A DNA stretch of 39,762 nucleotides, taken from the IMG/VR virus record IMGVR_UViG_2541047839_000005, one strand, 5' to 3'. The first letter of the stretch is position 1, and each line of letters opens with the position of its first letter. The DNA is from a virus. Lineage: Duplodnaviria; Heunggongvirae; Uroviricota; Caudoviricetes. Positions 19,799 through 33,509 of the stretch are shown one piece after another. Below the pieces are notes generated by a model that saw nothing but the letters and a program-made list of their open reading frames with translations, searched no databases and had not been told where the DNA came from. Made by a program: the position numbers and the translations under genes.

Positions 19799-20105
19799 AA
19801 ACCGGCCAAGGATAATCCGCTGAAGATTCGCCGGTGGCTAAAGTGTGCCAAGAGTTCAATTTACGCAATTACTCCTGTCGATGCTATGTACCGTCTTTGT
19901 GAAGTCAATGGATACCTGATTTATTTCTGTGCGCTGTATCGTCGCTGTACTCTTGCATTAATTATGACTGTAGCCTGACGGGGAACTCCTTCTGCACAAG
20001 TGTGGGGGAATAATCAAAAACGATGCACACCGGGGTTACCGGGTACACATATTTCATCATGCCAGCGAGTCCGGTTCTGGCACGGAAGAAACCGGACGTT
20101 ATGAT

Positions 20106-20516
20106 TTAGTGCGGAAATATTTGTGTAGTGTTCTGAATGTTCTCAGTAAAGAGTAATGAATTATCAAAGGTATAGTAATACCTTTTGTTTTCGTGGATAT
20201 TTGTAATCCATCTGAAAACCCCTGCTGTAGCAAGATTTTTCCTGTATTCGTAAAATGATAACTCTCCTGATTTGAATCCTTTTAAGGTGGCTTCTATAAG
20301 GCATTTATTTTTTGAAAATCTTACATTTACAACCTTACCCTGTCCTTTTATTAAAACCGTATTATCGTTTTCAAGAACAAGATGAATATTCTCTGTGGCT
20401 AAATAGTAAATGTAATGTGAGACATTGTGACGTTTTAGTTCAGAATAAAACCAGTGATAGTTTAAATTATTTCGCACTTTATCGAATATTTGTTTAAAAA
20501 TGGCAATCTGAGCCAT
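20106..20516 (-). CDS. ybcV: YbcV-like protein (DUF1398 family)
   Basis: 136 aa from [43 protein letters not shown], resembling DLP12 YbcV. GGAAGG Shine-Dalgarno. AT-rich. Confidence 0.7.
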   Translation of the reverse strand: MAQIAIFKQIFDKVRNNLNYHWFYSELKRHNVSHYIYYLATENIHLVLENDNTVLIKGQGKVVNVRFSKNKCLIEATLKGFKSGELSFYEYRKNLATAGVFRWITNIHENKRYYYTFDNSLLFTENIQNTTQIFPH

Positions 20517-20573
20517 TGTAGTACCTTCCATGTGATATGAGGGGGGGTAGTCTGCACGATTATCTAAATTGCT

Positions 20574-20807
20574 TCAATCTGGTCTGACCTGTTTTCTGAG
20601 CAATTCAGTAATGTCACTCTTTTCTTTGTTTGCTTCAGGCGAAACTCTTTTTTCTGAGCACAGTCTCCGGCGGCAGGCTTCAATGACCCAGGCTGAGAAA
20701 TTCCCGGACCCTTTTTGCTCAAGAGCGATGTTAATTTGTTCAATCATTTGGTTAGGAAAGCGGATGTTGCGGGTTGTTGTTCTGCGGGTTCTGTTCTTCG
20801 TTGACAT
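20574..20807 (-). CDS. small DNA-binding protein (YlcI/DUF3950-like, ribbon-helix-helix-like)
   Basis: 77 aa. RNIRFPNQMIEQINIALEQKGSGNFSAWVIEACRRRL resembles the remembered YlcI family found next to prophage terminase genes. Confidence 0.5.
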   Translation of the reverse strand: MSTKNRTRRTTTRNIRFPNQMIEQINIALEQKGSGNFSAWVIEACRRRLCSEKRVSPEANKEKSDITELLRKQVRPD

Positions 20808-20969
20808 GAGGTTGCCCCGTATTCAGTGTCGCTGATTTGTATTGTCTGAAGTTGTTTTTACGTTAAGTTGATGCAGATCAATTAATACGATACCTGCGTC
20901 ATAATTGATTATTTGACGTGGTTTGATGGCGTAGATGCACGTTGTGACATGTAGATGATAATTATTATC

Positions 20970-21195
20970 ATTTTGCGGGTCCTTTCCGGCGATCCGGCAG
21001 GCTACGGGGCGGAAGGCGCGCGGGTTTTCGCTATTTATGAAAATTTTCCGGTTTAAGGTGTTTCCGTTCTTCTTCGCCGTAACCTAATGTTTTTATTTAA
21101 AACACCCCCTGAAAAGAAAGGAAACGACAGGTGCTGAAAACAGGCCTTTTGGCCTCTGTCGTTTCCTTTCTCTGTTTTTGTCCGTGGAATGAACA
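20970..21195 (+). other. prophage cos region (cosQ, variant cosN, cosB)
   Basis: Co-linear with the lambda genome ends: GGGTCCTTTCCGGCGATCC...ACG then GGGCGGAAGGCG (21007..21018, against lambda GGGCGGCGACCT) then CGCGGGTTTTCGCTATTTATGAAAATTTTCCGGTTTAAGG... up to Nu1. Confidence 0.8.
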
Positions 21196-21715
21196 ATGGA
21201 AGTCAACAAAAAGCAGCTGGCTGACATTTTCGGTGCGAGTATCCGTACCATTCAGAACTGGCAGGAGCAGGGAATGCCCGTTCTGCGAGGCGGTGGCAAG
21301 GGTAATGAGGTGCTTTATGACTCTGCCGCCGTCATAAAATGGTATGCCGAAAGGGATGCTGAAATTGAGAACGAAAAGCTGCGCCGGGAGGTTGAAGAAT
21401 TACGGCTGGCCAGCGAGGCAGATCTTCACCCCGGAACACTTGAATTTGAGCGCCATCGCCTGACTCGTGCTCAGGCGACGGCGCAGGAACTGAAAAATGC
21501 CAAAGAATCGGCTGAAGTGGTGGAAACCGCATTCTGTACTTTCGTGCTGTCGCGTATAGCAAGGGAAATATCCAGTATTCTCGACGGTATTCCTCTGTCG
21601 GTGCAGCGACGTTTTCCTGAGCTGGATAACCGGCATATTGATTTCCTGAAACGGGATATCATCAAAGCCATGAACAAAGCAGCCGCGCTGGATGAACTGA
21701 TACCGGGGTTGCTGA

Positions 21716-21741
<26 letters not shown>
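21196..21741 (+). CDS. nu1: terminase small subunit Nu1
   Basis: 181 aa, near-identical to lambda Nu1 (MEVNKKQLADIFGASIRTIQNWQEQGMPVLRGGGKGNEVLYDSAAVIKWYAERDAEIENEKLRREVEELR...). Confidence 0.95.
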
Positions 21742-25422
<3,681 letters not shown>

Positions 25423-25442
<20 letters not shown>

Positions 25443-26742
25443 TCTCCCGCATATTGCCAGCATGGCCTTTAATGAGCCGCTGATGCTTGAACCCGCCTAT
25501 GCGCGGGTTTTCTTTTGTGCGCTTGCAGGCCAGCTTGGGATCAGCCGCCTGACGGATGCGGTGTCCGGCGACAGCCTGACTGCCGGAGAGGCACCCGCGA
25601 CGCTGGCGTTATCCGGTGATGATGACGGACCACGACAGGCCCGCAGTTATCAGGTCATGAACGGCATCGCCGTGCTGCCGGTGTCCGGCACGCTGGTCAG
25701 CCGGACGCGGGCGCTGCAGCCGTATTCGGGGATGACCGGTTACAACGGCATTATCGCCCGTCTGCAACAGGCTGCCAGCGATCCGATGGTGGACGGCATT
25801 CTGCTCGATATGGACACGCCAGGCGGAATGGTGGCGGGAGCATTTGACTGCGCTGACATCATCGCCCGTGTGCGTGACATAAAACCGGTATGGGCGCTGG
25901 CCAACGACATGAACTGCAGTGCAGGTCAGCTGCTTGCCAGTGCCGCCTCCCGGCGTCTGGTCACGCAGACCGCCCGGACAGGCTCCATCGGCGTCATGAT
26001 GGCTCACAGTAATTACGGTGCTGCGCTGGAGAAACAGGGTGTGGAAATCACGCTGATTTACAGCGGCAGCCATAAGGTGGATGGCAACCCCTACAGCCAT
26101 CTTCCGGATGACGTCCGGGAGACACTGCAGTCCCGGATGGATGCAACCCGCCAGATGTTTGCGCAGAAGGTGTCGGCATATACCGGCCTGTCTGTGCAGG
26201 CTGTGCTGGATACCGAGGCTGCAGTGTACAGCGGTCAGGAGGCCATTGATGCCGGACTGGCTGATGAACTTGTTAACAGCACCGATGCGATCACCGTCAT
26301 GCGTGATGCACTGGATGCACGTAAATCCCGTCTCTCAGGAGGGCGAATGACCAAAGAGACTCAATCAACAACTGTTTCAGCTACTGCCTCGCAGGCTGAC
26401 ATCACCACCGTGGTGCAAGCGACGGAGGGCGAGAACGCCAGCGCGGCGCAACCGGACGTGAACGCGCAGATCACTGCAGCGGTTGCGGCAGAAAACAGCC
26501 GCATTATGGGGATCCTCAACTGTGAGGAGGCTCACGGACGCGAAGAACAGGCACGCGTGCTGGCAGAAACCCCCGGAATGACCGTGGAAACGGCCCGCCG
26601 CATTCTGGCCGCAGCACCACAGAGTGCACAGGCGCGCAGTGATACTGCGCTGGATCGTCTGATGCAGGGTGCACCGGCACCGCTGGCTGCAGGTAACCCG
26701 GCATCAGATGCCGTTAACGATTTGCTGAACACACCAGTGTAA
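25423..26742 (+). CDS. C: head protease / minor capsid protein C (with in-frame Nu3 scaffold in the 3' portion)
   Basis: VTAELRNLPHIASMAFNEPLMLEPAYARVFFCALAGQLGIS... matches lambda C. GTG 25423 after GGAGGAGGAG. The lambda Nu3 scaffold is translated in frame from an internal start, expected near SRMDATRQMF. Confidence 0.9.
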
Positions 26743-26751
26743 GGGATGTTT

Positions 26752-27084
26752 ATGACGAGCAAAGAAACCTTTACCCATTACCAGCCGCTGGGCAACAGTG
26801 ACCCGGCTCATACCGCAACCGCGCCCGGCGGATTGAGTGCGACAGCGCCTGCAATGACCCCGCTGATGCTGGACACCTCCACCCGTAAGCTGGTTGCATG
26901 GGATGGCACCACCGACGGTGCTGCCGTTGGCATTCTGGCGGTTGCTGCTGACCAGACCAGCAACACGCTGACGTTCTACAAGTCCGGCACGTTCCGTTAT
27001 GAGGATGTGCTCTGGCCGGAGGCTGCCAGCGACGAGACGAAAAAACGGACCGCGTTTGCCGGAACGGCAATCAGCATCGTTTAA
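26752..27084 (+). CDS. D: head decoration protein D
   Basis: 110 aa, [70 protein letters not shown]... matches lambda D. Confidence 0.9.
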   Translation: MTSKETFTHYQPLGNSDPAHTATAPGGLSATAPAMTPLMLDTSTRKLVAWDGTTDGAAVGILAVAADQTSNTLTFYKSGTFRYEDVLWPEAASDETKKRTAFAGTAISIV

Positions 27085-27139
27085 CCTTACCCTTCATCAC
27101 TAAAGGCCGCCTGTGCGGCTTTTTTTACGGGATTTTTTT

Positions 27140-27384
27140 ATGTCGATGTACACAACCGCCCAACTGCTGGCGGCAAATGAGCAGAAATTTAAGTTTGATC
27201 CGCTGTTTCTGCGTCTCTTTTTCCGTGAGAGCTATCCCTTCACCACGGAGAAAGTCTATCTCTCACAAATTCCTGGACTGGTAAACATGGCGCTGTACGT
27301 TTCGCCGATTGTTTCCGGTGAGGTTATCCGCTCCCGTGGCGGCTCCACCTCTGAATTTACGCCGGGATATGTCAAGCCGAAGCA
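27140..27384 (+). pseudogene. E: major capsid protein E, 5' fragment (codons 1 to about 82) truncated by island insertion
   Basis: MSMYTTAQLLAANEQKFKFDPLFLRLFFRESYPFTTEKVYLSQIPGLVNMALYVSPIVSGEVIRSRGGSTSEFTPGYVKPKH matches lambda E to the KPKH codons. The sequence then diverges into island DNA and stops at 27415. Confidence 0.85.
27375..27384 (+). repeat. attL core of the inserted island (AGCCGAAGCA)
   Basis: 10-bp sequence repeated at 38263..38272. Both copies sit exactly where identity to the lambda E gene ends and resumes. Confidence 0.6.
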
Positions 27385-27547
27385 CTTAGCATGGCTTTCT
27401 GAGGCTTTCGTGTAGTTGCTGGTTTTTACACTTAATCTTTTGATAATAAAGAATAAGTTTATCTGGTGCTTTCACTGAATTTTCCTCGTTATCTGTGTGT
27501 TGCAATCATCTCTGTATTGCAGCTTGTATTGCTTTTTGGGGCTAAAA

Positions 27548-28783
27548 ATGGCTGGCGAGAACAAACTGAGCGACAAAGCGCTTAAAGGATATCTGGGGAA
27601 ACCCAGAGAAAAGCAGATCACCATTGCTGATGGAAAGGGGCTTTCTATTCGTGTGAGTACTAAAGGGGCTGTGAGCTTTGTTTTCTTCTACAGGTTAGCA
27701 GGTGGCCGGGCTGCTCCGGTCTGGCTAACGTTGGGTAAATATCCTGATATGTCACTCAAACAGGCAAGGGAAAAGCGCGACGAGTGCCGTGGTTGGTTGG
27801 CTGACAAACGTGATCCGCGTATCCAGATTAAGATTCAGGCTGAAGAACGCTTAAAGCCGGTCACTGTGGAGGATGCACTAAATTACTGGTATGAAAATTA
27901 CTGTAAGGTGCGTCGTAAAACTCATGCTGTAACGCTTGGCAGATTTCGAAAGCATATCTTTCCCTATATCGGTCATTTGCCCGTAAATGACACTCACCTA
28001 TATGAATGGCTGGACTGTTTTGACCGAATTAAACGTAATGCACCAGTTATGGCGGCGTATGTTTTTTCTGACACTAAATTAGCTCTTCGTTTTTGTCGGG
28101 TACGCCAGTACGCGACGTGTGATGCTTTAAAGGATTTGCGCATGAGTGATGTGGGGCAGATTGCAGGTAAGCGGGATCGGGTTCTGGATGAAGCCGAACT
28201 CGGCCAGCTCTGGAAGGCAATTTTTGTCGAGCCTGATTTAAAACTAATGTCTGAATACACGCGAAAAATGTTTGTGCTTTGTACAGTATTTGGATGTCGA
28301 ATGAGTGAAGCCCGATTATCAGAATGGAGCGAATGGGATCTCGAAAGTTGGGTTTGGACTGTACCAAAAGATCACTCAAAAACTGGTGTTGAAATCGTCA
28401 GACCAGTACCTGAAATTCTACGACAGTGGGTAACGGATGTTCACGAAGAGACAAAACATACTGGTTATGTGCTGGGAAGTCTGCGAATTAGAGAAAGCGT
28501 AAGCAAGATTGGGGGGAAAATCGGTAAACGTTTGGGCCATGAAAAACAATGGTCACTACACGACCTTAGAAGAACGCTATCTACTCATCTAAGTGATCTC
28601 GGTGTTGAATTTTATGTAGTAGAACAACTGTTAGGCCATGCGCTACCTGGCGTGGCAGGTGTTTACAACCGGAGTAAGTTTATGGCTAAAAAACTGGATG
28701 CTCTGGAACTCTGGACTACATATCTCAATAGCATCGCAGGTGCTGATTCAAAAGTGATAATCCTCAAACAAAAGGTTGGTTAA
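27548..28783 (+). CDS. int: island integrase (P4-family tyrosine recombinase)
   Basis: About 411 aa from MAGENKLSDKALKGYLGKPREKQITIADGKGLSIRVSTKG (arm-binding N-terminal domain). C-terminal HDLRRTLSTHLSDLGVEFYVVEQLLGHALPGVAGVYNRS carries the catalytic motifs. Adjacent to the att junction. Confidence 0.85.
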   Translation: MAGENKLSDKALKGYLGKPREKQITIADGKGLSIRVSTKGAVSFVFFYRLAGGRAAPVWLTLGKYPDMSLKQAREKRDECRGWLADKRDPRIQIKIQAEERLKPVTVEDALNYWYENYCKVRRKTHAVTLGRFRKHIFPYIGHLPVNDTHLYEWLDCFDRIKRNAPVMAAYVFSDTKLALRFCRVRQYATCDALKDLRMSDVGQIAGKRDRVLDEAELGQLWKAIFVEPDLKLMSEYTRKMFVLCTVFGCRMSEARLSEWSEWDLESWVWTVPKDHSKTGVEIVRPVPEILRQWVTDVHEETKHTGYVLGSLRIRESVSKIGGKIGKRLGHEKQWSLHDLRRTLSTHLSDLGVEFYVVEQLLGHALPGVAGVYNRSKFMAKKLDALELWTTYLNSIAGADSKVIILKQKVG

Positions 28784-28784
28784 C

Positions 28785-29012
28785 ATGAAAAAAATGGCAA
28801 TTGTTGATAAAAAGGGTCTGGAGTACATTCCTAACATTGACCGAATGATCCGTGAGAAAGAATGTCGGGAGCTAACCACTCTTGCGAACAGCACACGCTG
28901 GAAGCTGGAGAAGGAAGGAAAATTTCCTAAGCGGATCAAGATTGGTTCCACTGCTGTTGCATATCGTCTTTCAGAAGTGCAGGCATGGATTCGAGGTGAG
29001 TGGGTAGTTTAA
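28785..29012 (+). CDS. alpA: AlpA-family transcriptional regulator / excisionase-like protein
   Basis: Small HTH protein immediately after int (IDRMIREKECRELTTLANSTRWKLEKEGKFPKRIKIGSTAVAYRLSEVQAWI), the usual int-alpA arrangement of P4-like elements and PICIs. Confidence 0.7.
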   Translation: MKKMAIVDKKGLEYIPNIDRMIREKECRELTTLANSTRWKLEKEGKFPKRIKIGSTAVAYRLSEVQAWIRGEWVV

Positions 29013-29037
29013 ATTATCTCAGAATAAAATATTATGA

Positions 29038-29073
29038 ATTACTGATTTGAGAATTTGTACTCAAATCAGTAAT
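29038..29073. terminator. bidirectional hairpin terminator between alpA and the island cargo gene
   Basis: Perfect inverted repeat (core ACTGATTTGAG / CTCAAATCAGT, extending to about 14 bp) with an 8-nt loop, flanked by T-rich sequence on the minus strand. Confidence 0.55.
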
Positions 29074-29081
29074 AACATTCT

Positions 29082-29618
29082 TTATAAGAGATTAAATCCA
29101 AATAAAGAGTAATCATATACCGGGGTGCATTGCATTCCACTGAATATGCTGATGTTTTTTTCTGTTTCTATCCTTTTTTCAATAAGTTGTTGTATATTTT
29201 TACAGTACAATTTGTGTGTGATGTTATTATCGTAAGCCTGATATAGCAACGTCAATGTTGACGCTAGGAAACATACAGATAAAATTAAAGTAACATATGC
29301 GGTTTTTTTATTTTTTGTCCATGATCTATTTGTTTGTGAAATATAAAGAATTCTGAGGTGGATAATGGTGAGAGACAATAGCAGGCCACTCAATAAAATA
29401 AGTATTGGGTTTGCGTATTTTATTAATGGTTGAGAGCAAAAAACTATTATAGCTCCTGTGACTGCGTATGAGAAAAAGGAGTAATTAAACTTCTTACTCC
29501 TTCTCTCAAGTATTTTAATTTCATCTTGTGTGGGGGTTTTAGATGCCTCTAATATAAGTTTATTGAATGTTTCTGTTATCTTGTTTTTTGTGTTTGTGGC
29601 TATTTTTTTTAGATTCAT
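29082..29618 (-). CDS. hypothetical multi-pass membrane protein (island accessory cargo)
   Basis: 178 aa with about 3 hydrophobic helices, very AT-rich, isolated by AT-rich non-coding DNA and a hairpin terminator. No family recognised. Confidence 0.55.
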   Translation of the reverse strand: MNLKKIATNTKNKITETFNKLILEASKTPTQDEIKILERRSKKFNYSFFSYAVTGAIIVFCSQPLIKYANPILILLSGLLLSLTIIHLRILYISQTNRSWTKNKKTAYVTLILSVCFLASTLTLLYQAYDNNITHKLYCKNIQQLIEKRIETEKNISIFSGMQCTPVYDYSLFGFNLL

Positions 29619-29968
29619 AGCATTCTAACTCCCTTAACTTATTTATTACTTTCTCTTTATGATAAGAGAGGGGAATGACTTGGTAAAGTGATTTGTCATT
29701 AATAATGATAATCCTTGCGATAAATATTTCTGCAAGTTATTTATCTGTTTGTTGCTATCTTGTTAAGCGTTGGGTGTGGTTTATGTTTGGAGCGACTTTA
29801 TTTAATCGTGATTTTATGGATTTATATTTATATCCTGTAAGATAAGCGCATGTTAGTTCAGGAGTAGTGTCAGATAAAATTATTCGGAGTAGAACTACCT
29901 TTTCTGTTTATTGCCAGTATTTACATAGCAATGCGCCGTAGTTACTCACATCACGGCGCTGATACTAA

Positions 29969-30271
29969 TTATTCAGATTCTTTGGCTTTACGCCGCTGGA
30001 GTTCTTCACGAGCGACGGCTACGAGTTGCCCGATTTCCTCCGCTGCCTTGATGCCGATTTGTTCGACCTTAGCTAAGGCATCCAGTGAAGACACGAGGGG
30101 ATTTTCTCCGCTTCCTTCTGCCTGGCGGCGGGCGATCTCACCGCGCATGGCGGTTACTATGAATCCGGCGTTGCTCTCGCCGTCCAGTTTTACGGATTCC
30201 ATGCCCTCCATAACATCGTGGGGAACCCTGATCGTTGTCATTTGCGATTTTGCATTTTTGTATACAGACAT
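29969..30271 (-). CDS. putative small DNA-binding regulator (ribbon-helix-helix-like)
   Basis: 100-aa ORF divergent from the island early operon. MTTIRVPHDVMEGMES resembles an RHH beta-strand. Candidate island repressor. Weak call. Confidence 0.4.
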   Translation of the reverse strand: MSVYKNAKSQMTTIRVPHDVMEGMESVKLDGESNAGFIVTAMRGEIARRQAEGSGENPLVSSLDALAKVEQIGIKAAEEIGQLVAVAREELQRRKAKESE

Positions 30272-30289
30272 AGTTAATCACCAATTTGT

Positions 30290-30395
30290 TATGTGTATAT
30301 CACTATACACAAAAGTGATATATAAAAACACTTGCAATGTATATCACCACAATATAATGTATATCTCACATTATGGTCGCTATGTATCTCACAAT
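30290..30395. promoter_or_regulatory. island divergent promoter region with repeated operator-like motifs
   Basis: Five copies of TGTATATC(T)CAC / GTGATATA in both orientations between the divergent genes 29969..30271 (-) and 30480..30845 (+). Confidence 0.5.
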
Positions 30396-30479
30396 GATCG
30401 ATTCATAAAAACGACGAAACCCGGCAGTGCGCGAACACTAACCGGGCTTCTAACCAAACCGTTAAACGAGGTAACGATT

Positions 30480-30845
30480 ATGGCTGGAACACAGCATACC
30501 CAAACTCACCCTAAATTTATATACACCTTTCTGGCACTACACCACGACCGCATGGCAGATGGAGCAACTACGGTACATGTAGCCGCTGACACGCTGGTTG
30601 ATGCCCGCAAGATGGTTAAGGAGATGGGCTATACTGCGGCTTTCTGGAAAGGGCGTGAAGAAAACACGCTGTTTATTCAGAAATGCGAAAACAATTTCAT
30701 CTGGCGTTTTATCGCCCTGAGTACGGCACAACCGCGCGTGATTCACATCGTGGCCACCAGCGAACAGGAAGCCCGCCAGCAATCCCCGGCTGGTTGCGTG
30801 AGGGTATTCGCCGCCCGTATTCGTCAGGAGGTATGCCGTGCTTAA
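30480..30845 (+). CDS. hypothetical protein (first gene of the island rightward operon)
   Basis: 121 aa from ATG 30480 with GAGGT Shine-Dalgarno. The longer ORF-track entry 29931..30845 is antisense to the divergent gene in its 5' half and is probably not real. Confidence 0.5.
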   Translation: MAGTQHTQTHPKFIYTFLALHHDRMADGATTVHVAADTLVDARKMVKEMGYTAAFWKGREENTLFIQKCENNFIWRFIALSTAQPRVIHIVATSEQEARQQSPAGCVRVFAARIRQEVCRA

Positions 30846-31023
30846 AACCTTCCGTGTATTTGCCCGAGCGGTTAACCCACGAGGCCACACAATTGGTATC
30901 ACTCAGAACGTGAAGGCTGTTAATGTTCAGACGGCTATTGCTGTGGTGAGAAGCGAATCATCAGAATATGGCTTATCACAAGTCATTATTTCAGCAGTGT
31001 ATGAATTAAAAGAGGTGCATTAA
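30838..31023 (+). CDS. hypothetical small protein
   Basis: 61-aa ORF tightly packed in the island operon (overlapping stop/start). Confidence 0.35.
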   Translation: MLKTFRVFARAVNPRGHTIGITQNVKAVNVQTAIAVVRSESSEYGLSQVIISAVYELKEVH

Positions 31024-31214
31024 TGCAGGAAATTACATTACACGAAGCCGCTGAACGTGCGCACCAGACAGAAATTATTTGCCGCCTTCTTGAGGTATAC
31101 CCGAACAAAATTACAGATGCTGATATATCCGCACTGGCGAGCCTACTGGCGCGTCTTTCGGGAAGTGTCGCTAGTTTTTTGATTGAGGAAGAAAGTAAGC
31201 TGGTGGGGGATTAA
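31023..31214 (+). CDS. hypothetical small protein
   Basis: 63-aa ORF starting where the previous ORF stops. Confidence 0.35.
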   Translation: MQEITLHEAAERAHQTEIICRLLEVYPNKITDADISALASLLARLSGSVASFLIEEESKLVGD

Positions 31215-31436
31215 ATGAATACAGAACGGGAAGTCTTTTTTAAATTGTTAGCATGTGCAGAAAGTTCATTAACTTTAAATAATTCAGCAAAAGCAATATT
31301 AAATATGTGGCTTGATTGCATAAATGACAATGAAGATGCAAATATTGCTTATGGCCTGTTGTCACTTATTGATGAAGCAGCAGAAAAACTCAATGACGCA
31401 ATAAATAGTGCCCTGTTATCAAATAAGTCGAGTTAA
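31215..31436 (+). CDS. hypothetical small protein (AT-rich)
   Basis: 73-aa ORF in operon context. Confidence 0.35.
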   Translation: MNTEREVFFKLLACAESSLTLNNSAKAILNMWLDCINDNEDANIAYGLLSLIDEAAEKLNDAINSALLSNKSS

Positions 31437-31453
31437 GTCGAGGAATAAATAAT

Positions 31454-31753
31454 ATGGAAATGAAAAATTCTGGCTTTATTGCCAGCGGCCCCGCTCGGCC
31501 TGAATTTATGAACGGCGATATTTACCGCGATAAATACGGCGGCACGGTAACGATTAAAGGCGTGGCAGAACGGCGCATCACTTACCGCCGTGAGGGGTAT
31601 AGCTATGACTGCGTGATGCCTGTTTATCAGTTCCGGCGTGATTTTTCCCTGGTATATGCCGCACCTCGCAGTAAGCCCACCAGCAGGGAAAAAGCGCGGG
31701 GAAACATCCAGAAAATGAAAAGCATGATTAACGCATTCAGGGGCAAAAAATGA
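31454..31753 (+). CDS. hypothetical protein
   Basis: 99-aa ORF immediately upstream of and overlapping the primase gene start. Confidence 0.4.
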   Translation: MEMKNSGFIASGPARPEFMNGDIYRDKYGGTVTIKGVAERRITYRREGYSYDCVMPVYQFRRDFSLVYAAPRSKPTSREKARGNIQKMKSMINAFRGKK

Positions 31754-33501
31754 AACTGGCACCGAACTTAAAAAAACAGCCACGCGACAGACTGACAGAG
31801 GTAATCATCTTTGCAGGTAGTGATGCGTGGAGCCATGCGAAAGAGTGGCAGGAATGGGCGGGTAAACATATTGCCGCCGACGATGTGCCGCCTGTCGTGC
31901 TGGCTGATGAGCAACTGAAAAACATCATCGATTACCGGATCATTGATGAAGATCGTCAGTGTGTGCGTGTTTACCGCGCAGGACATATCACAGAGCACAG
32001 CATGACGCAGATTGTTACGTTACTGGCTGTGGCTGGAGTGAAGACCGTACACGAATACGCGGGGATTACTGACACCAGCCCCGTGGATTTATCCGACCAG
32101 TTGCCGCGACTCAAAGAGGAATGCGAGCGTGGGGAAAGTCTGGTGCTTAATCTTCCGACGAAGCAAAAGGCGCAACTTTCACAGATGGCAGACAGTGAAC
32201 GTGCACAACTACTTGCCGATCGCTTTGATGGTGTGTGTGTTCATGCAGAAAGTGAAATCGTCCACGTATGGCGCGGCGGGGTATGGTGTCCGGTCAGCAC
32301 AATGGAGCTGAGCCGCGAAATGGTGGCGATCTATTCAGAGCACAGGGCCACGTTCAGCAAACGTGTAATCAATAACGCCGTGGAAGCGTTAAAAGTTATT
32401 GCCGACCCCATGGGGGAGCCGTCCGGTGATTTACTACCGTTCACTAATGGTGTGCTTAACCTGAAAACGGGGGATTTTTCTCCGCACTTACCGGAGCACT
32501 GGAGCACCACGCACAATGGCATTGAGTACACGCCACCAGTAGCAGGGGAAAACATCCGCGATAATGCGCCAAATTTCCATAAATGGCTTGAACATGCTGC
32601 AGGAAAAGACCCGCGCAAGATGATGCGTATATGTGCCGCGTTATACATGATTATGGCGAACCGCTACGACTGGCAGATGTTCATTGAGGCCACCGGAGAC
32701 GGGGGAAGCGGTAAGAGTACATTTACCCATATTGCCACCCTGCTTGCTGGCAAACAGAACACCGTAAGCGCAGAGATGACATCACTCGATGATGCAGGAG
32801 GGCGCGCGCAGGTTGTCGGGAGTCGTCTTATCGTCCTTGCCGATCAGCTGAAATATACGGGGGAAGGCACGGGCATCAAGAAAATCACGGGAGGCGATCC
32901 CGTTGAAATTAACCCGAAATATGAGAAGCGATTCACGACGATAATAAGGGCGGTGGTACTGGCAACCAATAACGACCCGATGATCTTTACCGAACGGGCC
33001 GGAGGTGTGTCACGCCGTCGGGTGATTTTCCGGTTCGACAACATTGTAAGGGAGGACGAAAAAGACAAGGAATTACCGGAAAAGATAGCGGCAGAAATCC
33101 CCGTAATTATCCGCCGCTTGCTGGCTAATTTTGCTGACCCTGAAAAGGCACGGGCTTTATTACTGGAACAGCGTGACGGTGATGAAGCTCTGGCAATAAA
33201 GCAGCAAACGGATCCGGTTGTTGAGCTTTGCGCGGCGCTGGAGTTTCTGGAGGAAGCTCGTGGGCTAATGATGGGCGGTGGTGGTGACACCGTGAAGTAC
33301 ACGACCAGAAACAGCCTTTACCGTGTCTATATGGCCTTCATGGCATATACAGGAAAGGGGAAATGTTTGAGCGTGAATGAGTTCGGAAAGGCTATGAGGT
33401 CAGCGGCGAAAGTTTACGGATATGAATATATTACGCGAAAAGTTAAGGGAGTCACGCAGACCAACGCAACGACTACTGATGATTGCGATGCGTTTTTATA
33501 A
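31750..33501 (+). CDS. island primase/replicase (P4-alpha / PICI Pri-Rep-like, SF3-type NTPase)
   Basis: 583 aa. Walker A GDGGSGKST and Walker B-like LIVLAD in the C-terminal half. Followed immediately by an iteron-rich origin. Confidence 0.8.
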   Translation: MKLAPNLKKQPRDRLTEVIIFAGSDAWSHAKEWQEWAGKHIAADDVPPVVLADEQLKNIIDYRIIDEDRQCVRVYRAGHITEHSMTQIVTLLAVAGVKTVHEYAGITDTSPVDLSDQLPRLKEECERGESLVLNLPTKQKAQLSQMADSERAQLLADRFDGVCVHAESEIVHVWRGGVWCPVSTMELSREMVAIYSEHRATFSKRVINNAVEALKVIADPMGEPSGDLLPFTNGVLNLKTGDFSPHLPEHWSTTHNGIEYTPPVAGENIRDNAPNFHKWLEHAAGKDPRKMMRICAALYMIMANRYDWQMFIEATGDGGSGKSTFTHIATLLAGKQNTVSAEMTSLDDAGGRAQVVGSRLIVLADQLKYTGEGTGIKKITGGDPVEINPKYEKRFTTIIRAVVLATNNDPMIFTERAGGVSRRRVIFRFDNIVREDEKDKELPEKIAAEIPVIIRRLLANFADPEKARALLLEQRDGDEALAIKQQTDPVVELCAALEFLEEARGLMMGGGGDTVKYTTRNSLYRVYMAFMAYTGKGKCLSVNEFGKAMRSAAKVYGYEYITRKVKGVTQTNATTTDDCDAFL

Positions 33502-33509
33502 AAAATGGC

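Noticed and set aside
25609-26100. 163-aa minus-strand ORF and other minus-strand ORFs between 22646 and 27070
   Set aside because: Antisense to the lambda-identical head genes A, B, C and D, with no independent support.
29931-30845. 304-aa plus-strand ORF from the six-frame track
   Set aside because: Its 5' two-thirds is antisense to the better-supported minus-strand gene 29969..30271 and runs through the operator-repeat region. Only the 3' portion from ATG 30480, which has a Shine-Dalgarno, is retained as a gene.
32844-33302. 152-aa minus-strand ORF, Ser/Pro-rich
   Set aside because: Antisense to the island replicase gene, with a low-complexity composition typical of antisense reading of a GC-rich gene.
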